A DNA stretch of 64,000 nt from Octopus bimaculoides (taxonomy: Eukaryota). How positions within the stretch are numbered: the stretch's first letter is position 1; each line of letters begins with the position of its first letter. A model generated the notes under the pieces. The model was not told the DNA's origin, made no database searches, and worked only from the letters and a program-made list of their open reading frames with translations. This document shows positions 36,941 to 49,875 of the stretch, one piece after another. The position numbers and the translations under genes are program-made. The stretch is from positions 69,792,245-69,856,244 of the forward strand of contig NC_068988.1 in the NCBI RefSeq assembly GCF_001194135.2, given 5' to 3'.

Positions 36941-39700
36941 TGTTATGGGGATAATAATAATAATAATAATAATAATGATAATAATAATAATAATAATAAC
37001 CCCTCCCGCGTGATGAGTGGTATGTGTTAGTCATTACAAATACTGTGATGTAAGAAGTTGAGATGTGGAGAAGTCAATGAAGTTGGTCATAGATAGTCAT
37101 GTCTTTACTTGTCTAACTAATTATACTACTATACTGGAGTGGACGTTATAAGAGTCCGACATTGGATTACAACAAATGCATGAAGATTAAACAAACTCAC
37201 AAAAGCTTTTGCGCAAAATTTATGGTATACAAAATCATAAAATTATGGAAGAATTGTTGGCCTGTTTGCTTGAGCTGCAAAAACAACAACTCCAAGAATA
37301 ACAACAGCAACAACAACAACAGCAAGAAGAAGGAGAAGAAGAAGAAGAAGAAGAACAACAACAACAACAACAATTACTATTACAGCATCAAATGCTGCAA
37401 TTAATGAATAGTAAGTCATCCAAAAATGCTGTAAAGATGTTCTCACCAGATTATGTTGCAAACTCAGTAACAGAGTTTAAGTATGAACCAGATGAAGGAG
37501 TTACCTTCAAGGTATACTACAGAAGATATGAACAGATCTTCAATAAAGAGTGCAAAGATTGGGAAGATGATCTGAAAATGCATGTAGTCCTAAGAAAACT
37601 GTCAGCAAGAGAACATGAGTGTTACAGCAATTACGTACTCCTGAAAAAACCTTCTGACATAAATTTAGAAATACAATAGACATATAGTGTAACATTTTTA
37701 GTGAGAAAAAGCTTGTTGTTCAATACATGTTGGAAATGTTTGAACCTAGAAAAGAACAACAATGAGGACTACATCATATATGCTGGTAGAGTTAACAGAG
37801 AATGTGGAAAGTTCAAACTGGATGAATTAACGCCAGACATGTTTAAGTGTCTGGTATTTTCTCAGGGACTAAATGCAGAAAAAGACACTGAAGTAAAACA
37901 AGAATTCTCACTAAGCTGGAACAAAACCAAGCTGTAACCTTACAAGTGTCAGAAGAGTGTTAAAGAATAGACACAGCACAGAGAAAATTGAACATAATGA
38001 TTGCTCCCAAGAGAAACAAGTGCAAGACAGGCAGAATAGAAATCAAGTGTGAACTAACATACAGTAGAGACAGGACAAATGTCAGGAAACAAACCCATTT
38101 TGCATGTGGGGATCTACACCTGAGAAAAAAACTGCCCATTTAAGAAAGTGAAATGTTTTTGTTGCGGAAAAATTCGACACATAAAAGTGCACTGTAAAAC
38201 CAAAATGACAAAATGTTGGACGAAGAAAAAAGAATGAACAAGCTGTCGTCAAAAGAAAATGGTAATAAGACAAAGAGAAAATTCTTAAATGTCACAATTA
38301 AAAATATAAGAGTAAAAATGCAGTTAGATATTGGAAGTGATATTGCCATTGTGAATGAAGAAACTTGGAAGTATATCAGTAAAGCAAAATTAAGTAAATC
38401 TACAAAAGTAACGCATGGTGTTGCAGGTAAAAAATTGTATTTTGTAGGTGAATTTGTGTGTAATGTGACATTTCCTGACCAAATGAAAATAGCAAAAGTA
38501 TATGTGTTAAAAAATTCAATAAATTTGTCTGGCTCAGAGTGCATGGAACTGTTCAAGTTGTAGAATGTGCCCATAAATGTTTTGTGTGGGAATATAGTCG
38601 GTTCAGTTGATGGTTCGAATGCAGCTGAGGGATTGAAACAAAAAATAATAGATTTATTCCCAGATATTTTTTGGGATGAACTGGGCTGTTGCACGAAAAT
38701 GAAAGCAAAAATTGTAGTAAAACAAAGTGCAACACCTGTATTTAAGCCAAAATGTAATGTACCGTTTGCTGTGCTAGAATAGGTAAATAAGGAACTTGAA
38801 AGCCTAGGAATAATCAAGAAGACAGACAACAGAGATTGGGCAGCACTTGTAGTCTACGTAAAAAAGAAAAATAATAAATTATGAGTTTGTGCAAATTTTT
38901 TCAACGGGCTTAAACGATTGCTTAAGCTTACATAACTACCCATTGCTGAGTCCTGAGGAAGTGTTCGCAAAGATGAATGGAGGGAAGTTCTTCTCAAAGT
39001 TAGACTACTTGGAGACGTATTTACAAATCCAAGTAGAAGAAGAATGTTCACACTTACTAGCCATTAATATACACTGTGGTTTATTTAAATTTAAGCAGCT
39101 TCCCTTCAGTGTAAAAGTTGCTCCTTCCATATTTCAATAAGTAATGGATACAATGCTGGCAGACTATGATTTTGCTATTGCCTATTTAGACAATATCCTA
39201 ATAAAAAGCAAATCACCCAGACAACATGTAGAACATGTAAAAGGGGTATTCGAAAAGATAAGAGAATACGGCTAAGTGAAGAAAAATGCAAGTTCTTTCT
39301 GAAAAAAAATTAAATACTTGGGCCAGATAAAAGATAAATGCGGATGAAAACCAGATCCATCCAGAGCAACTGCAATAAAAAATATGCCAACACTGAATAA
39401 TGTGACTATGCTACAAGCATTTTGGGGATCAGTAAATTAACACCAAATTTATATCCTTAATATACACAATATAAGGGCCCTGCTAGATGATTTTTAAAGA
39501 AAATTGCAAAATGGTGCTGGACTGATAAGTGCCAGAAGGCATTTGATGAATTAAAAAAAACATTTTAACATCGAACTTATCGTTAATGCATTTTGATCTG
39601 AAGCTGGATATTATATTGGCTTCAAATGTGAGTGCTTACAGTGTAGGAACCATGCTTTTGCACAAATATGATGACAGGAGTAAAAAAGTTGATTGAACGT
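36941..39700 (+). mobile_element. Ty3/Gypsy LTR retrotransposon remnant, Mag-like (5' LTR, gag, protease, RT, start of RNase H)
   Basis: LTR TGTT..ACAACA at 36941-37174. gag EFKYEPDEGVTFKVYYRRYEQIF; two degenerate CCHC knuckles (CPFKKVKCFCCGKIRHIKVHC); protease MQLDIGSD; RT NYPLLSPEEVFAKMNGGKFFSKLDY..LPFSVKVAPSIFQ..AYLDNILI. Many stops. Confidence 0.92.
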
Positions 39701-40714
39701 ACAAGAGGTAGAATACTTGTGCCTGATATAGCCAGTTTGAATATACAAGGTTGCATCAAAAGGTTCCTGGACTAATTCTGTAGTGCACCAACAGATGGCA
39801 GCATATGGTTGCATGTGCAGTGAGAGCTAGCAGTGACCTTCATGAAGCAGTGTGCCAAATGATATTACTGTGTTTACTTCGCAAGTTATGAAATTTGTGT
39901 TTTTGTGATCATATGTATGTTGTTGCCTGTAAGTTTGTCATAGACAGGAACAAAGCGCCGACATGAAATTTTGTGTTAAACTTGGGAAATCTGCTACAGA
40001 CACATTGAGCATGCTCTGGCAAGATTATGGTGCTGAGGCACTGGGTTCTACACAGTGTTTCAGGTTGTATAGGTGTATTAAAAGCAGAAGGGAATCGATG
40101 ATGAGCAATCTGAACGACCAGTAACAAGCGTCACCCCCAGAAATGTGGTATTTTGCATCAAGAATTCTGCCCCCGCCCTGGGTCCAGACCACCAATCAAG
40201 AGTTCAACTGTTATGTTTTGAAGTATTTGAAGGAAGACATCTGGTGAAAATCACAAAGTCTGTGGAGTACAAAGAACTGGATTCTTCATGATGACAATGC
40301 ACCCTGTCACCAAACTCTCCTCATTCATGAGTTTCTTGCTAAAAACAACATGGTATTGCTTCTGCACCTGTCCTATTCACCATATTTAGCACCTGCAGAC
40401 TTCCATCTTCCCCAAGATGAAAATGCAGCTCAAAGGTCCCTGTTTTAACACTGTTATCAAGATCCAGAGTGAATCACAGAAGGTCCATGACTTGCTTATG
40501 GAAAACAACTTCCAGGCCAGATTCCAAAAAGTGCCAAGATTGCAGGGACTGGTGTATTGCTGTGCAAGGTGACTATTTCAAAGGAGATTATGTAAAAACT
40601 CAGGTAAATAAATTGACTTTTATTAAATATAACTAGTCTGGGAACCTTTTGATACCAACTTAAACAACAGGTAGAATATTTGGGCCTGATATACCCAGTT
40701 TCAATGCTAAAGGG
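39700..40714. mobile_element. piggyBac-type MITE 3' fragment (same family as 7231-7450) split by a mariner insertion
   Basis: Left piece ggtagaatacttgtgcctgatatagccagtttgaata; right piece aacaggtagaatatttgggcctgatatacccagtttcaatgctaaaggg matches the 7380-7450 end. Confidence 0.65.
39746..40660 (+). mobile_element. Internally deleted mariner element with both TIRs and a TA duplication
   Basis: ta-CAAGGTTGCATCAAAAGGTTCCTGGACTA ... TAGTCTGGGAACCTTTTGATACCAACT-ta; HTH region NMKFCVKLGKSATDTLSML; WILHDDNAPCH..SYSPYLAPADFH. Confidence 0.9.
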
Positions 40715-41529
40715 TTTATGGCTAGGAGAAGTGAAAAATGTTTAACTATTGTACATATGGGGAGTTCCTACATGGTAGAAGAACTTTAAGGGTCATTGAT
40801 TAAAAAACTAATAATCAAACCATGGGTCCAGTTTATTTGAATTTCTTCTGCTTTAGCACATATCTTGTTCTTATTCTTGTAATTGTCATTTAGCCCCAGG
40901 CCAATAAGGATTGAGCAGACCTGTGATCAACTATATTCCAGCAATAGCCATATTATCTTTTATTCAGACTTTAAAACTACATTATCCAATGTTTCCAAAA
41001 ACAGAGAAATAGTGAGAGAGATATGGTAGTTATTTCCACAGAGCTCTAAATGATCTCATAGAGGCTCTCCCTTATTACTTTACATTATTAAAATGTTCTC
41101 CATTCATGTCAAGTTTTATTTTAGCCCTTCAAGCAATATCTAGTTAACTAATTGGCATCTGCAATTATGTGCATTATGGATAGCATTTATAGCACTTAAC
41201 ACAAATCAGCTCTAAACATATTTTCATCTTAAAGTGTCAACTTTTTGATATTTTCTATTCCTTATTTATATTATCTTTTCATATAATTTATCTTCCTGTT
41301 TGACTTCAGGAAATGTTACCCAATCATATAACACCCAGTTGAATCTGCTTGGAATTATCAACGTTGCAACAACTTTATGTTAATATTTGCTTTCAACATT
41401 TGTCGATCTATTTATTTATATTTAAACTAAGATTAAAATTTTTCTAAAGTTTAAGCTATTTTTCTTCCCTTAATTTTTGTTTCCTAATGTATTTCCTTCA
41501 CTATTTCCTTTCCTTAATGTTGTTTATGC

Positions 41530-41995
41530 ATAGCTGTGTGATTAAGAAGATTTCCTACCAACCACATGGTTTTGAGTTCAATTTCACTGACACCTTGAGC
41601 AAATATTTTCTACTGTAGCCCCAAGCCAAACAATGTCTTGTGAATGAATTTGGCAGATAGAAACTCTAAGAAGCTCATCATATAGGTGCAGGCATGGCTG
41701 TGTGGTAAGAAGCTTGATTCCTAATTGCATGGTTCTGGGTTCACTCCCACTGTGTGGTACCTTGGGCATGTGTTTTCTGCTATGACCTCAGGCTGACCAA
41801 AGCCTTGTGAGTGGATTCGGTAAATGGAAACTCTAAGAAGCGCATCATATACATATATATCTATATGTGTGTGTCCTTGCTTCTGTGTTTGTCCCCCACT
41901 ACTGCTTGACAACTGGTGTTGGTGTGTTTGCATCCTCAATATTTAGCGGTTCGGCAAAAGAGACCAATACAATAAGTACCAGGCTTAAAATATAA
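41530..41995 (+). mobile_element. Major SINE 5' half followed directly by a second SINE copy
   Basis: The first head (41530-41680) ends at gaagctcatcata; the second starts taggtgcaggcatggctgtgtggtaag. Confidence 0.8.
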
Positions 41996-42789
41996 AACCC
42001 CAGCTTTTTACTCATTATAAGTCTTTGGTTTCAGACCTTTTAAGGTCTAGCCACTGACCACACAAGACACAGCCACTTTCAGCAACAACACCACAGCAGC
42101 CATGTTGAGATTCATCAACTTCATCCAACAGCATTCAGCAACGTCCATCTCCATCGCCACCATCGTTCTAATGTCAACATCTCTACATACACAACTCGAC
42201 AAGCAACTCGCCCAGGTTCCAACACTTCACTGTTTGTGAATTACTTCACCATGGATCAACAGCAAATATACAACCTGCGAGAACTCCTGTACCAAGTGAC
42301 CCAGGCAGCAGCATCACAGCCACAACTTCACATGCGACATGTACTGCAACCAGCTCAACATCATGGCTGCAACTTCTTGATACAGTATTTCAACAACCAT
42401 GTACAATTGACTACAAACTGGTATTCTCATTCTTGTGTCTATGAACATTCTTCTAACTTCTCATTATAGACTCTTTCAGTGTCGTCTACATTGCTGTTCT
42501 TATATGTACTTAACATACACACATACATCTATGCCAAAACACACATACACTTTGTTCTCATGACAGCCTGTCTATTATTCTGTATACATGACATACACAC
42601 AGACACACTTGTTACCATATCAATAAATACACCCTTAAATATTCTATGTGGTTGTGTCTCTCTTATTCCCTCTGGCAGTTACATATACTATCCAATTCCT
42701 CTTTATTGTATCTGCTGTATGATGTGGTACGAAAGAGCCTTTCTCATTACCTTACATTGCACAGTCATCACATTACCCATACAACGTTT

Positions 42790-43290
42790 GAATTTCCAGT
42801 AGTTTAATCTTCGTTCTCCATCTTAATTCTTAAATGTTTTTAGATGTGTTACATCTTCACAAAATATCATGTTGCTATTTCTAACAGCAACAACCAAAAG
42901 TTCAATCTGCTGTTTGATGTACCATCTCAGATTGTTTTTCTCATTGTCAACATAGAGTTTGCATACTATGAGGCCCCTTCCTCCCTTGTATTTAGGCATA
43001 TACAGTGTATCAACATTGCTTTTAGGGTTCAGTTCTTTGTTCATTGTCATCTCCTTCTTGATTTTTCTATCCATTTCCTTAAGCTAGTTCTTTGTCCACC
43101 TAACAATACCTGTGCCATATCATATTAAGGAGACAGCCCATGTATTCTTTTCCTTCTACATATACTACAGCTTCTTCAATCAATATCTTTTGTTTTAAAA
43201 ACAAAAATTTATTTTGTTCATGTTGTTCAATAGATTGACATTGCATTTCTTAAAAATAACTCTTCCCTTCTGTGTAGTATATTGGTCTGA
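42790..43290 (-). mobile_element. R4/Dong-like (restriction-like endonuclease group) non-LTR retrotransposon remnant
   Basis: MDRKIKKEMTMNKELNPKSNVDTLYMPKYKGGRGLI..EKNNLRWYIK resembles the post-RT motif HP(K)..DRLY.PR..GGRGL of this group. Confidence 0.7.
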
Positions 43291-44506
43291 CTGCCTGCCA
43301 TGTTCTCTGCTGACTTTTGACAGACTTTTGCAAAAGAAAAGCAGCTGCTAACTCCTAGCTCAGCCCTTCCCTGTGTCTTAAAAATCTAGGTGCTCTGACG
43401 GGTACACGATGACCCTCTCAGATAACTGATTCAGAAAGTATGTTGTGGTTGACTGGTATTTCATTCATGAAGCCTGGAGAGGTGAAAGATGAACTTAAAA
43501 CTACAGCAGGATTTGAACCCAGAACACAAAGAGCCAAAGCATTTGCCACAGTGTGTTTTATCTGATACTCTAACAATTCTACCAATTAACTACCTGATAT
43601 CCATTATGCTGGTACATTATCATACATTAAAATGCTACCATACTGTAATAAATACATCAAAAGAACTTCTTGATATGGGGGTCAAACCACATAGTCTCAC
43701 ATTTAGCCTTATATTGTAACGCTATCACAGTTATTTTTGACAAAACTAATACAAATGTTTATGAGTATTTTGTTCCTATAATAGACTGTGGACATCAATA
43801 GGCTTTTTTTGAAATGCTATCCTTTTTATCAGAAGGCTACGTTTTAAGTTAAAAATATTGTTTTGTTTAATTGTAAAGCAGAAGAAAGCAGCGATGATAA
43901 AAATACATTGGTGTTTTCATTGGTAAACAGTATTTATTGATGTCTTCACTCTCTACATATTAGATTCATCACGAGAAAGATAATAATCATGACAAATAGT
44001 TATCTTTTTGATTGCTAAAATAAAACTGACGTATCGCAAATGGTGTGTGATGTGTAAAAGTTTAGAGCTAGAATATATCTTTATCAAATGTCAGTTCTGT
44101 AATTAATACAAGTGACCTTCTCTGCTCTGTGATTATGCATTGGTGCCATGGTGGTATTGACTTTATTTATTGTTATCTTATATCACAATTTCTGATCAAT
44201 AGTTCCCTTAGTTACAGTTTCCCAAGAGCACAATCATTGGTTTACTGAATTTCCGAAAGTGAGACTAACTGACAAGGTAGTTTTTGTTACTCCATGCAGA
44301 ATAAATATAAACAAAGGACTCTGTTTGTAAGGCATTGATCTTTCACTTTCCTTACCAATAGTTACATCCTATTCTGACACATGTTGTAAAAAGATGTGCT
44401 CATATCTATGCATGCACATGTGCGCACACACACCAGTGTAGTACCTATAAAAATATTACAATTTTTGTTTTATTTTGTCTTCTCTCAAATATTTGTTACC
44501 TTCATT

Positions 44507-44557
<51 letters not shown>

Positions 44558-44679
44558 TTACATATATATACATATATATACATATATATATTTATATATA
44601 CATATACACTTACATACATATATATACATATATATACATACATATATATATATATATATGTATATATATACATATATAT

Positions 44680-45075
44680 ATCCTTTTATTCTTACTTGTT
44701 TCAGTCATTTGACTGTGGTCATGCTGGAGCACTGCCTTTAGTCGAACAAATTGACCCCAGGACATATTTCTTGTAAGCCTAGTACTTATTCTATCAGTCT
44801 CTTTTGCTGAACTGCTATGTTACAGGGACGTAAACACACCAGCATCAGTTTTCAAGTGATGGTGGGGGGACAAAGACAGACACATATACAAATACATACA
44901 CACACGCACAAACACGTGCGCAAATACACATACACACACACACATACGACGGGCTTCTTTCAGTTTCTGTCGACCAAATCCACTCACAAGGCTTTGGTCA
45001 GCCTGAGGTTATAGTAGAAGACTTTTGCTCAAGGTGCCCAAAACCATGGGGTTGGAAAGCAAGCTTCTTACCACA
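44680..45075 (-). mobile_element. Major tRNA-headed SINE
   Basis: Reverse complement of the body and tail, with an internal CA array. Confidence 0.85.
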
Positions 45076-45479
45076 CACACACACACACATATATACCATT
45101 CCCTCCCTTTATAATACTTTCTATCTGTGTCACCTCTTTTATTACAATCACTACCTTTTCCTTCTAGAAGGACAAAGAAAGCAAAATAAATATAAAATGG
45201 TCATGTAACTAAACATATTATGTATTATGATATATGATGGTTTTCTACATAGTTTTTGACTCCCAAATTCCACTCTTAAGGTATTGATCAACATAAGGCT
45301 ATGATAGAATGCATGAGCCCGAGATACTTCTCAGAAGGATAAAACCCACAGCCACAATTTCGAAGTAGACTGCTAAATCCTACAGGCATGCCTTAATTGA
45401 TATCACATCTATAAATCTGTCAACAAACTACGATATTCTGTTTATCATCATAGAGACTATGATCAGTGATCTGTTTAAA

Positions 45480-46544
45480 CTGTGAGCTGGTAGCAAGGAC
45501 ATTCATACTGACATGTTTGCTACATTAGAGGATGATGCTCTACCTTTATTAACAGTGCAAAAAAGGGCAGCTGAATTTAGGAGGGGATGGGAGTGTCTTG
45601 AAGATGACCCAAGGTCTGGGCATCCTGCACCTACCACCACCAAGGAAAACATTGATTGTGTTCACCACATGGCGATGGGTGGCAGGTGATTGGCTGTAAA
45701 TCGAATAGCCAATGCTATTAGCATACCCAGTGAGAAAGTGGTGAATATTCTACTCAATGAATATGGCATGATGAAGTTTTCTGCTTGGCATGTGCCAAAG
45801 CTTCTTACACCTGATCAAAAGATCACCAGGCTGATCACAACATGGAAAAATCTAATATTGTTTGTGGCAGATCCAGCCAGTTTCCTTGAATGCTTCCTAA
45901 CTGAGGATGAGTGCTGGTTTCATCTCTTTGAACCAGTGACAAAGAGACAATCCACACTGAAGAAATACCCATCCTCACCAGCTCCAAAGAAGGCCAATGT
46001 CATTTCATCTATGGAGAATGTGATGGCCTCAGATTTTAGGAATACAAAAGGCATTGTTATTATTATCTTCAAAAGGGCTACACCTCCAATGGAGAGTACT
46101 ATGCCAAATTGCTGAGGTAGTTACAAAAGGATATCAAGGCCAAACACCCAGGAAACTATCAAAAAATGTCTTGTTTGAATAGGTCAGTGCTCCAGCACAC
46201 AAGGCCTTGATCTAAATGGCTGCTGTGCATGACTGTGGCTTTGAAATTGTTGATCCCCTTCTTTATTTTCTTAATTTTCCTCCATTTGACTATCATCTGT
46301 TCCCCAACATGGAAAAGCATTTGGCTGGGAACCAGTGTCCCAGTGATGATGATGTCATGCTTTCTATTGATAATATTTTGGACCACTAGGATGAAAGCTT
46401 CTCCATCAGTGGGATCCAAGCACATCAACATAGATGGAAGAAGTGTGTGTACCACAATGGGGACTATGTTGAAAAATAAGCCTCATTTGGTTACGTTTCA
46501 TGAGAGTATCTTGGTCAGCCTCTGAACTTTTCAGCTGACCCTCG
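45480..46544 (+). mobile_element. Mariner transposase remnant with 3' TIR
   Basis: LEDDPRSGHP, AWHVPKLLTPDQK (WVPKLL motif), FLTEDECWFHLFEPVTKRQS; ends gaacttttcagctgaccctcg-TA. Confidence 0.88.
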
Positions 46545-47587
46545 TACAAGAAGTGATTTACAAAGAGTGATTTCTACAATATATAAACTATAGTCTATCA
46601 ATTTAGAATTGCCACACTGATGATAAACTCTGATAGCAATAACAGTTCTATGGCTCAGAAATTATTCAATGTAACATCATTTAATGCTAATGTGACTTTT
46701 CTAGCATTGTTCAACCCTTTGGAAACAATTAAGTATTTAAAATCTAGTAATAAACATAAAATGTTTAAATCGATGCTCTAGCATGGACTTGATTGTGATA
46801 GCTTCACTCAGACTAAAGATCTGAAGCCTGTTCTTTCTTGAACATTATCAATATTATCTCCATTTCTCCATCATGTAAAAGTTTCTACAATAAATAGCAG
46901 CTAAATCTTCATCTCACACTTTATGCTCTAAGGAAGGACATATTGGATAATGTTTTCCAACATATAATATGTTCAATCAAAACAAAAATATAATCGAATG
47001 TTAACAAGTGATGTTGGTTTGAGTCCTTCATGCAGCCTTCAACTTTTTCATTTCAAAAAGTTTTTAACCCAATATTTATACACTATTATTTATAGCTTAT
47101 CTACTTCGAGATCCAATACTCCAAAAAAGAATTATTTCAGGTCTTTTCAAAGTTTAAAAATTCTTATAACTTCAACAATGGAAACGTTACAAATGGAATA
47201 CTAGATGATTCATCACAATGAAAAAAACAATACTAAATATAACATCAACACTAACAACAAGCCAGTGCTGGATCCTTTGCTTTGTCAGAAACAGCCAAAT
47301 CCTCCCCCACTTTTCATTCAACAGTTTTAAATATAGAAAAGGACGAGGAGGTCATGGTTGGCATGTCTTTGATCATAGGACTGCTCTGTCAGGGTTGACC
47401 TGGTGATTTGCGACAGCTATCAACAGAAATTTTATATTTTCGAAAATATTGTTTCCAAATTAACGAAAATTATTATTGATTTCCTTCTATCAAAAGAGTT
47501 TTTCTCTTTGTTGTCTTTCACCCCTGATCTCTCTCTTCTTCAGATGCATACAAATACATGCATAGTGATGAACAAGCACATGCACAT

Positions 47588-47632
<45 letters not shown>

Positions 47633-48290
47633 TGTAGGCATGCACTCTCAGAAAAATGTACAGACACACCCACAGATATACAGGGATACACACAAATGCA
47701 CAGATAACACGTACAAGCAGAAACACCAAATGCACACTTGCCCAATGATACACATATTCACAGCACTTATACTGTTTAACTAAATACAGTTAATTAGGTA
47801 TTTAATTAATCAAACCTTATTGCCTTAATGGGGATCATAGGTCAAAATGTGATTATTATTCTGAATTTCCTAAAATTGTTTTTTAGGAAATAAATGGATC
47901 AGTTTCAATAATCTTTGCTTCATAAATCTGATTAGTTCTGTCTAACAGACATCCTTCATATAATGATGCTAATGTAAGTATGTCTAAATATGTAACTGAA
48001 ACTCTATCAATCTTTACACTCATAACTTATCATACTTTCACCAAGTAATTCCACTTCACATTAACTATTTCACCAACCACCTACATGAAGGAATGAAATG
48101 GTGTGAGGGAAAATGAAAGAGGAGAACAAGAAAGAGGTGGGGAGGAGATATCATTGTCAAACAAATAAGCAGGCATCAATGTATGCCAGCTAGTTCAAGG
48201 GAGAGCTTTTCCATGGTCTCTCTACCTGCTGGAAATAGCAGTCATATCTTCCTCAAATCATGCCTTCCCCTCTAAAATAAAGGATATGTA

Positions 48291-48511
48291 CAGTTCTGTA
48301 TTTAAAGGATGAGGAATTATGTACATTATTTACATTATTTACATTTGACAGATATTTGTCCTCAACTTGTTTGTTGTTTGGCTCATATACACTCCAGCCT
48401 TCATCCAGGTCACTCCCTGGTCACTCCCTGGAATCGAACTCGGAATTTTGGGGTTAAGAGCGTGGGCTACTAACTCCATGATTCTGAGTTCGATTCCAGG
48501 GAGTGACCTGG

Positions 48512-48566
<55 letters not shown>

Positions 48567-48733
48567 TAATAGTAATAACATCGAAAAATACCTTGGGAAT
48601 GCAAACCCAGGTTTGAAATTTCCCCAATACACCTAATGAAGTCTGGAGGGTATATGAGCCGAAGCGTTGGGTTAACAACAAATAAGACGAGGACAAATAT
48701 CCGTCGATTGTAAATAATGTAAATAAAGTAAAC
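48291..48733. mobile_element. Head-to-head palindromic non-autonomous PLE derivative (tRNA-like module plus hammerhead) with a 12-bp TSD
   Basis: AAAGGATATGTA at 48279-48290 and 48734-48745. Right arm (plus): B box, (AAT)n, ctaatga..gaagcgtt, tail. Left arm (minus): an internally deleted copy of the same. Confidence 0.85.
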
Positions 48734-49057
48734 AAAGGATATGTATTAGACAAAAAATTGGGATGGTTGTGATTGGAATATCTTTCATTATAGTTCTGTT
48801 TGTTCAAGGCAGCTTGGTCTGGGGCTAACAAAAACAAAGTTTACATCAAGCCAACAAGGGAAGGCCTTAATCTGCTAGAAATAGCAACCAAATTTCCTTC
48901 AAATCATGCCTTACTTATCTCAAGTTAAAAAAGACCTACTGGGTTATACAGTCGTTTATATACAAAAAAGACTTGATAATAAATATATATATTACATAAA
49001 CTAAAAGAAAACTGGCTGGAGAACAGGATTTATCATTATCTATGATGTCTGCATTAA

Positions 49058-49096
<39 letters not shown>

Positions 49097-49274
49097 ACAT
49101 GTGCAAGTGTGTGTGTGTGCAAGTATGTGTGCATGTGTAAGTGTGTGTGTGCATGTGTTTGTGTGTCTAGGTTTGCCTGTGTGTGTATATGTGTATGTTG
49201 TGTATGCATATATGTATGAATGTATATGTGGGTTACAATGCAAAATGTTGTAAAGATATATTATTTGTGTGTGC

Positions 49275-49326
<52 letters not shown>

Positions 49327-49489
49327 ACGCACGCATGCTCACACGTGTGTGTGAATATAGGCTATAGCAAAATATGTATTTACTAATCCGATTTTAACAA
49401 TGTAAGGCCTCTACTTTTGGTGAAGACAGGATTCTTGGCAAAGAAACTATATGAAGATGGCTCTTGATTTAGAATGTGAGAAGTTTGTT

Positions 49490-49628
49490 TTCCAGTCCCA
49501 TGCTTTCAGGTTCAGTCTCACTGCAGGCACTTTGGGCCAGTGTCTCCTGCTATAGCACCAGGCCAATCAGAACCTTGTGAGTGGATTTGGTAGGTGGAAA
49601 CTGAAAGAAACCTGTCATATATATTTAT

Positions 49629-49673
<45 letters not shown>

Positions 49674-49875
49674 TTTCGTTTGTGCTTGTCTCAACATCAC
49701 TTGACAACTAGTGTTGGTTTGTTTACATCCCTGTAATTTAGAAGTTCAATAAGAGAGACCAATAGAATAAGTGATGCACTTCAAAACAAAATGTATGAGA
49801 TCTATTTATTTGACTGGCGTTCTTCAAGAAAGCACCTTAGCATGGCTACAGCCCAGTGAGTGAAATGAGTAAAAA
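49490..49875 (+). mobile_element. Major SINE, diverged
   Basis: ggttcagtctcactgcaggcactttgggccagtg..gaaactgaaagaaacc, (TG)n, 3' tail. Confidence 0.75.

Noticed and set aside
39700-40710. Apparent 45-bp target-site duplication around the mariner
   Set aside because: Explained by the internal tandem unit of the host MITE; the real duplication is TA.
48367-48636. ORFs with poly-N, poly-L or poly-I tracts
   Set aside because: Translations of the (AAT)n linker in the palindromic PLE derivative.
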